A DNA stretch of 64,000 nucleotides from Amoebophrya sp. A120 (Eukaryota; Protista; Dinoflagellata), in NCBI GenBank assembly GCA_905178155.1, contig CAJINV010000020.1, forward strand, positions 558,001 through 622,000. The letters run 5' to 3'. Positions 57,205-64,000 of this stretch are shown here, in pieces. The translations under genes and the position numbers were made by a program. Position 1 is the stretch's first letter. The number at the start of each line of letters is the position of its first letter. Under the pieces are notes generated by a model that worked only from the letters and a program-made list of their open reading frames with translations, was not told the DNA's origin and searched no databases.

Positions 57205-59705
57205 CAGTCAGAGGCCCCCGGGGCGGTGTCTGGCGTTATTGGCTGGCTATCGGATTCGGGATTTTCGAAAATTCCAGAGCTGTAGCGGCTTGGCTTTGGG
57301 CCAGGCATGTGCCCCCTGCCCGGATTCCCCCTTCCCGGGCTCGTGTGTCCCTTTATAGGCGCCCCGCCGGTGTTTCTCTTAGCGCCGCCGTTTGTTTGGT
57401 CCCCGGGCTTTGTGCAACGTCGGCCCCCCGGAAGGCGTCCGGCGGAGCCCAGGGCGACAGGTTCCCGGGATGGGTTTCGCGCTGCGATTTTTCGAAGCGT
57501 GGCGCGCCGGTCTTCTCTGGTATTTCGCAGCCCCCCGGGCCGGGTCCCGCAAGGGCTCGGCGCGCGCCCTCTTTCGTGGTGGTTCTGTTTGGTTTGGGTT
57601 TCGTTGCGCCCCCGATTTGCGACGTCATCCGGGCACTTGCAGGCGGCTCGAGTTGCTCCGGCCGTTTTCTCGTTTCGGGAACCCGGCCACCGATTCGGAC
57701 GGATGAACCCATCCCACGGAAGCACCCGGATGGGCCCAAAATTTTCGGGATTTCGCCGGGCCCGGCAGGGGGGAGCGTCTTCTATTCGGCGGGGGGGGTT
57801 CTGTTTTCCCGTGGAAAACATGGGAAAAGGGCCCCCGGCGGGCCAATAGAAGGGCCTCGATAGAAGTCGGGAGAGCGACAAAAAAGTCGCAATCCCGATC
57901 TGAATAGAACCCCAATAGAAGGGGTTCAATAGACCCCTGAATAGAAGGCCCAATAGAAGCCTGAATAGAAGCCCCAATAGCAGCCCCAATAGAAGGACTT
58001 CCCGGAATTTGCTTCGTTTTTCCCTGTGCCGTGTTTTGCTGGCGGCTTTTGGGTTTCTGTTTTTGGGGGTCGGTTTTTTGAAATTTGGCCGGCAAATTTC
58101 GTCGGGCGTCCCGGCTTCTCGCCCTTAGCTTCGGCGAGCAATCACCCGCAGAAGAAAGCACATGGGCGAAAGGCGTCGGGACATTGAGCCGCGCCGCCCG
58201 CGGTCTTCCCAATTCTTCGCCGCCCCGGCCCTTCTTCAGTCTGTCAGGCAGCCGGCCCGAGGCATTTTCCGCTAGTAAAATTTTTTAAAATGTCACTAAT
58301 TCCGGGAATCGCGGGCCGGCTGGCTGGGTGCGGCACCCTTTGGGCACGCGCCGCATTCGGGGAGGGGGGCGCGGCATAGTGTGGCGCCCCCGCTTTTTGT
58401 TTTCCCGGGTGCCGTAAGCTTCCGGGCCGTCTCCCCTGGTTGTGTGTTCTCCCCCGTCCTCTTGGGGATGGGGGCCGCTTATCGTTGGGCCTTTTCGCGC
58501 GCGCGGCGCCTTGGCTTTTGGTGGTGGCCTGCCCTCGGGCGCTCTTTTCCCTTACCTCAGGGAATGACTCGGGTCGGGCCCTTGCCCGGGCCTTCGGTTT
58601 TTCTTTGTCCGGTATCTTTGCAAGGGAGGGGGGTCCTGTGGTGTGGTTTGGCACACAGGGGCTGCTCCTCGTGGCCATGGCTCAAATCCACCGGGGCCCG
58701 GCGCCTTTGCATTTATGGGGGGCAGCGCGCAGTGGGCCCGGCTCTGGAAATCAGGCAGGCGCGAGGCCGGGGCTTTTTGGTCTTTCAAGCACCACCCCGA
58801 TCCCGGGCGGCTAATGAAGAGGGTAATCCCGGCGGTAATTTCCGGGGTTAATCTGAACACAACGAAATCGGGAAGGTTTCGTTGGTTTTGAAATTAGAGC
58901 AAAAATTAGACTACGGATTAGACTATAAATTAGACCACAAATTACCCCAAAAACCCAAGGAATTAACCTGCCCCCGGGGGGCAGTCACTCCGCCAGAGCA
59001 TTGGGCTTTCAGTTGGCGCCATTTGCCGCCACTTGTCCTGCTTTTTCTCGGCAGGCCGCCCGCCCGCAGTTCCCGCCCGCCCGTGGCCTTTGCGTCTTTG
59101 AATGGATTCCCCCCGCCCGGTGCCTTTCCCAATTTGCCCCGAAGATTGAAGGGGTGGCGCTCTGGAAACCCACAAACAACAGGCCCGCCGGGGTCGCGTT
59201 CCGGCCTCCGTTGTGATTTGGTGGAGGCCCGCCGCGCGCAGGCTTCGCAGGCTCCTAGGCCTTTCTTCGGTGCCGGGGCACCCTTTGGCGCCTTTCCCGG
59301 CGCGCGCCCGCCTCCCCTTCAGGGGGGCGCGGGGGGGGGGCGCCCGGAGGGCGGCGCCCGCGATGGCTATGCGCCCCCGGAAGTATGGCGGCACCCCCGG
59401 CGCGCTTTCTAGTCGGGCCCCTCTTGCGCCTGCCCTCCTTTGCTTTGGGGATTAGCCGAACTTCAGCCAGGAATTAGCGAAATAGCTTGCCACGGGCCGG
59501 CTGCCTGACTTCAGGTTTTGGCAAGAGATCCGGAATGTGCAAAACGCCCGCCCGCCAGTCTCCCCGTTGGTTCTTCGCTTGCCCGGGGGGTCAGCCGTGT
59601 GTTAAGCGGGGCCGGCCTCTTTTCCTTGGGTTCCGTGTTTTTGCCAAATCCCGAAACCGATAGCCAATCGATAACCCACCGCCACCGCCCCGGGGCCTCT
59701 GACTG
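57205..59705. mobile_element. Non-autonomous hAT-type TIR element, related to 33548-34786
   Basis: TIR cagtcagaggcccccggggcggtg ... caccgccccggggcctctgactg; 8-bp TSD aaagctgt at 57197-57204 and 59706-59713. Confidence 0.92.
57844..57993. repeat. AATAGA-based minisatellite inside the MITE
   Basis: Repeated caatagaag/aatagaa units with short C/G spacers; related aaattaga units at ~58890-58945. Confidence 0.8.
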
Positions 59706-60168
59706 AAAGCTGTGCCCGGCCCCGAAAAATGTCCCGACTGAAATCTTCGCTCAAAACCGGAAGAATAGAAGTTGTCTCTCAGCACACAGACGCGAGCACT
59801 TGCTGTCACATGCACATCATTAACAGCGCCACACATGCGCAAACGGGTCGGGAAGAATGCAGCGAAGAAATGCAAGCCCTTGAACAGGTCGAGGCCCGAA
59901 GCTCATGCGCTGTTCTTTCAGCTTGTGCGTCAAGGTTTTTTTTTTTTCAAAGCAAAGAAGATTCACAGTCATGCATCTTGGAGTCGTTCCACGACATGCA
60001 TCTTGGTGGTTCAGTAGTTTTCTCAAAGGTTTAGGCTTGGTCTCAAGCTTTGTAAAATTCCGTGTTTGGTGATAGTGGTAGAAGTCGTTGCCCGACCCCG
60101 AGCATCAGTAATCCCTGGCCCAGTTTTAAAAATCCCGCGTTACAATCCAGCTTTCAGCCATCGTTTAC

Positions 60169-61294
60169 TTACAAATCGTCATCCAAGTTGACGCCGCCCA
60201 TGTTGGCCCCCAATTCCTTCACGTTCTCCAGCCGCGTGTGCAGCGCGAGGAGGTGCTCGGATTGCAAAAGCCCCCACGGCTGGATCAAATTGAAGTTGTC
60301 CTCCGCGATCTTGGCGTTACCTGTTATTTGGATCATATACGAAATCTGTCATGCGCATTTCTTCCAAAATCCTTGCTGTGTGCATGTTGTTTGTGGGGTT
60401 TGGTGTTGCGAGCATGTTTTTCAAAAAATTTGTCATGCGCAAAACCCGGCCGCCCCCTTTGGCAAATCTAACATGCAAAAACCGGCAGGCGTGGCTTGTT
60501 TGCGAAGATCGAAAAAGGGTTAAGAAATGCACTGCACCATCGCGGCAGGCAGTAAAAAACCGATTCTCCGCGTCCTTGGCCAAGTGCTCGAGCAGATGCT
60601 TGCAGATTTTCATCGACCACTCTTCGAGACCGTCCAGGGCAGTAATCTTTTCCAGGACATTCACCCGCAACTCCTGCCGGTACTCGTCCCCGTAGCGCAA
60701 CACTTTCAGGACCACGTCGGAGAATTTTAACGCAGCTTCCTCCTCTTGTAGCAGTTTCGTGCCCAGCGGCTTCGCATTGTCAAAAATCGGCATTAACTGA
60801 GCCACCTCGGCAGCGGTTTCGGTGTAGATCGCGGCCCCCTGGTTGAAGTTACGTGTGTTGGCCATGACCCGGGCACGGAGCGTCTGGAAGGATTTGCTCT
60901 TTTTCTTCAACTCCATCTCGACGTAGTGGCTCGCGACCTTGAGCGTTTTCGTTCCGCGCGGCAGGACCGGGCGGCCTCCGGCCGACAGCACGCGCACGTC
61001 GGCAAAAGCGGCAAGGTCTTTAGCCATGGGGATGATGATCTCGAGCGCGCGGGCCGCCCCGAGGCAGTGCGTGTCAATACTTTTCTTCACTTGCTCAGCA
61101 CGGGTCTCCACCTTACAAGGGAAAACGGGTAATTGAAACGGGATAGCGACTTTTCCAAAACTTTTACTTTGACTTTTGGCAAAGTCGCTATTTTGATCGT
61201 CGGCAATCCATGCTTTGCGAAAATTGTTTGGACCGTGCTGCCTGTTGCTGGTAAGTCCGCACTTTGGGAGTGGCAGAGCATGAAAGGGCGGCAC
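60169..61294 (-). CDS. Antisense hypothetical gene inside the large insertion; intron at ~60321-60537; start unknown
   Basis: 325-codon ORF with helical, protein-like composition. A second exon, ..NAKIAEDNFNLIQPWGLLQSEHLLALHTRLENVKELGANMGGVNLDDDL*, can be joined in frame. Confidence 0.5.
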
Positions 61295-63584
61295 CTCTTC
61301 GCCGCGGCGTGTGCCCGCCAGCTGCCTGCCATTTTGATCGACGCCTCCAAGCAGGCTGCGGGAAATGCCACCCGCCGCGCATCGGACGGGCAGCGCCTCC
61401 GTGGTCGGTTGTTCGCGATTATTCGCGAGCGCTGTGGGGCCCTGTGCGCATTTTGTGCACCTTTTGAAGTGGTGCGCGGGCGCTGGCCTTTGGCCTTTCA
61501 GTATCCGCCCGGATGTTGATCGCCGCCTCGCGCTTCGGAAATGCCGGGGCGCGTCGGCCCTCTTCGCCCTGAGCGCCTTTTAAATAAGCAATGGCACTGG
61601 CTGCCACTGCCAGGGCCCGAATGGGCGCGCCGCCCCGCCGCGGTGTCTTGGATGGCACGCCGGCCGCGCGCTGTCCGACGTACCTTCGGCCCCCTACATT
61701 CTGGCCCGCCGCTTGCCCATTCTTACAAAATAGAGGCCGTCGCGCCCCGGCCGTCTGTTTCCTGCCCGCCTTTCCGCGGTTACGCGACGCGGCCGAAGCG
61801 TGCGCCAAAGGCGCCCCCCTTTTGCAACCAACGGGCAGAGGCGGCTCCTCCGCTCGTCTCGCTAGCGGTGGCAGAAGTGTCAAGGGCCTGCGGTCGGGGG
61901 GCCACCCCGATGGCCGGCGCGTGATGTGGGTCTGTGGCGCGCTGTGGTGGCGCCACCTGTCTATTTCGGTTGCCCGTCTATTCTGCTTCGCCTGCTTGAA
62001 CGAGAGAAGCAAAGAGGCAGCATACCATGCGGTCCGACGTCGGACCGCATGGTATGGCGCGCGATGGTGGGCCGGCCTCTCGCGCCAGGCCGTCCGTGCG
62101 TGCGGCATGCATCGCGATGTGGGGCCGACCCCCCCCGGTTGGGTGGGCTTCCCCGGCGGGGTGTTCTTTGGTTCAGGAAATGGATAACGCAACTCCCCCG
62201 GGTGGCCCGCCCCACAAGCGAGCCGGCGGGCGGGGCCCCGTGGCCCCTCTGGTATGTTGCCCTCCAGCACGAGCCTGTGTGCCTGGGTGGTTTGCCTTCT
62301 CTTGTAAGATGTACCGCAGCGACCCCGTGAGCCGGCTCTATCTCTGCAGCTTTCCTGACAAGAACCGCCAAAAACGGCCGGGGGCTTGGGGCGTTGGCTC
62401 GCATTTTTTCGCATGTTGAAGATGAAAAAAACCCAAGCGCGCCCGCCTGTTTGGTTTTGTCTTCAATGAATGCAGTCGCCGGTGGGCTCAGTCGGCCGCC
62501 GGTGGAAAGACTGTCTGAAAAAATGACGTAGGGGGGTCGGCAAACGTGGCACCCTTCTCAGGCGCCGGCCGCGTGGGATTCTGGCGCGCGACTTGGGGCG
62601 CCCAAAAGGGCGCCCCAAAAAACCCGCCCGAAGCCAGAACAGCGAAGCCGTAAGTATGGCAGGGCCGCGAAACCGGTCGCGAATCGAAAGCGGCCGCCCT
62701 TTTGCCGGGTTCTCAGCGGGGGGGCGCTAGCTTTGCAAAAGGCGCGGGCGCGAAAAATAACACACAACGCAAAAAAGAAGAAACGCGCCAAGCGCGCGAA
62801 GCCAGCCCGCATTCTATGGGCCCGCTTTTCCCTCGGTTTTTGGGCGCCCCCCGCGGTGCCCGGGCCGGCCCGATAGCATCGGGGTTGGCTTTCGGGAAGG
62901 CGTTTTGGCAAGTTGCCCAACGTCTGCCATTTTCCCCAACCGGCCGCCATACCGTGCGGCATAACCTTACCCACCCCGGCACGGCGGGCCCAGAAAAAGC
63001 AAAAAAGTGGTGTGGGCCAAGGTCGGCGGGCAAAGAAGCGGCGCCGGCCTCATTATCTCCGCCCCGGCGGCCATATTTGGCGCATTGAAGTAGGCGCGCA
63101 GCACGCCGCGCGGGCGGCCCGGCCTCGCACGTTCGGGCCGCATGGCGTGGCGCGCTACGCTTCGGTGGAGCTGCCCGCGCCTCACGTTTTGGCTCGGCGC
63201 CTTTCTTTGGGCGCTAGCTAGAGGCCGTCCGGCCTGCCCCTTTCTCTTTCATATTCGCCGCCCCCCCGCACTTACATACAAAGCGCCGAGACCATGCCGC
63301 CGCTCCCGAGTGCTCCGCCTCGGTCGCGGCGGCCTTGCGCGGCCGGCTTTTCGCGAGTAGAAAGGGCGCCGGCGCAGCAGGGGCGCGCGCGGGGCGCCAC
63401 TCACATGCTGCCCCGCCGGCGCGCGCAATAAGTTCGCCCAGGAGGCTCTGTCCCCATTTTCGGGGAGACCGCCTCAGCCATGTAGAAAAGGGGGGGGGCA
63501 GCAGGATTCTTCGCAAGCCTGGCGGATGCGCAAGCCTTCAGGCTTTTCGGCTTTTGAGGGCGCGGCGAAGTCTTCTGCTTGAGT

Positions 63585-63800
63585 GCCGAAAACTTGCCGA
63601 AAACTTTCCCCCGAACTTTCCCGAAACTTTCCCGCTTCGGGATCATTTTCGGACTCGAAAACTTTTGGCTGACTTTTCAACTCCCGGTCTGTAACTTTTG
63701 GTCGACTTTTCAACGGGAGAATTTTTCGGGAAGGTTTCGCGGAAGGTTTTCGCCGACTTTTCGGGAAAGTTCGGGGGAAAGTTTTCGGCAAGTTCTCGGC
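63585..63800. repeat. 42-bp inverted repeat built from ccgaaaactt-like units
   Basis: 63585-63626 is the reverse complement of 63759-63800 with one mismatch. Confidence 0.85.
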
Positions 63801-64000
63801 AAAGTTTCCGGCAGAGTTTTCGGTAGAGGGGCGGAAAAGTTTCGCCGCCCGGCGCCTGCACTTTGTTCCTGCCCGCCAGCCGGGCCGCCCTCGGGCGGCT
63901 GCCTTGCGCCCGAAAAGAGGCAGGCACAGCCCCCCGGCAGGCACGCCTGCGGTTATTGCGCACGTAGCCAGGCAAGCGGCCGGCCCCGCCCCGGCGGGCG

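Larger units (their letters stand above)
56483..64000. mobile_element. Large composite insertion (>7.5 kb, right end outside window) interrupting the cyclase gene
   Basis: Cyclase similarity stops at KIQQKF, where the sequence switches to a TAT start (tatggcgctctcaaacgttaca). It carries a tgtcatgc motif, GC-rich DNA, a MITE and an antisense ORF. Confidence 0.6.

Noticed and set aside
62473-62505. Third hAT-like left end (cagtcg...ccggtgg, twice)
   Set aside because: Only the first 5-6 nt match the MITE TIR, and no partner end or TSD is visible in the window.
56954-63975. Many overlapping ORFs of 60-270 aa on both strands
   Set aside because: Expected from very high GC content. Translations are Pro/Arg/Gly/Ala-rich with no motifs. 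Only 60169-61294 looks protein-like.
1-64000. tRNA, rRNA, snRNA or dinoflagellate spliced-leader relics
   Set aside because: No convincing match was seen by eye. A tRNAscan or Infernal run would be needed to exclude them.

Overview
Eukaryotic, gene-dense window. All identifiable host genes are on the + strand. The gene structure and a nucleus-encoded cox1 fragment point to a syndinian dinoflagellate such as Amoebophrya (inference). The dominant signal is 28 complete insertions plus one open-ended one, all inside coding sequence. They fall into five terminal-inverted-repeat families, start with TA(T) and end with ATA, are flanked by 5-bp direct repeats and share an internal TGTNATGC motif. Removing an element plus 5 nt restores the reading frame in every complete case traced, so they behave as non-canonical 'introner' introns. 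One introner (30797-44712) holds a 13.7-kb Penelope-like retroelement with 829-bp terminal direct repeats, an N-terminal GIY-YIG endonuclease, an RT and accessory ORFs. It sits exactly at the introner's TGTCATG motif, which matches its own 3' end. Its endonuclease domain is in turn split by a hAT-type MITE with an 8-bp TSD, giving four nested levels. Host genes include a SNF2 helicase, an HDAC, a membrane-anchored GIY-YIG-like protein, a voltage-sensor/TLDc fusion, a mitochondrion-targeted COX1 fragment, a CS-domain secreted protein and an ion-channel-type adenylyl cyclase lacking its first catalytic Asp. All gene models were built by eye, without RNA data or database searches.
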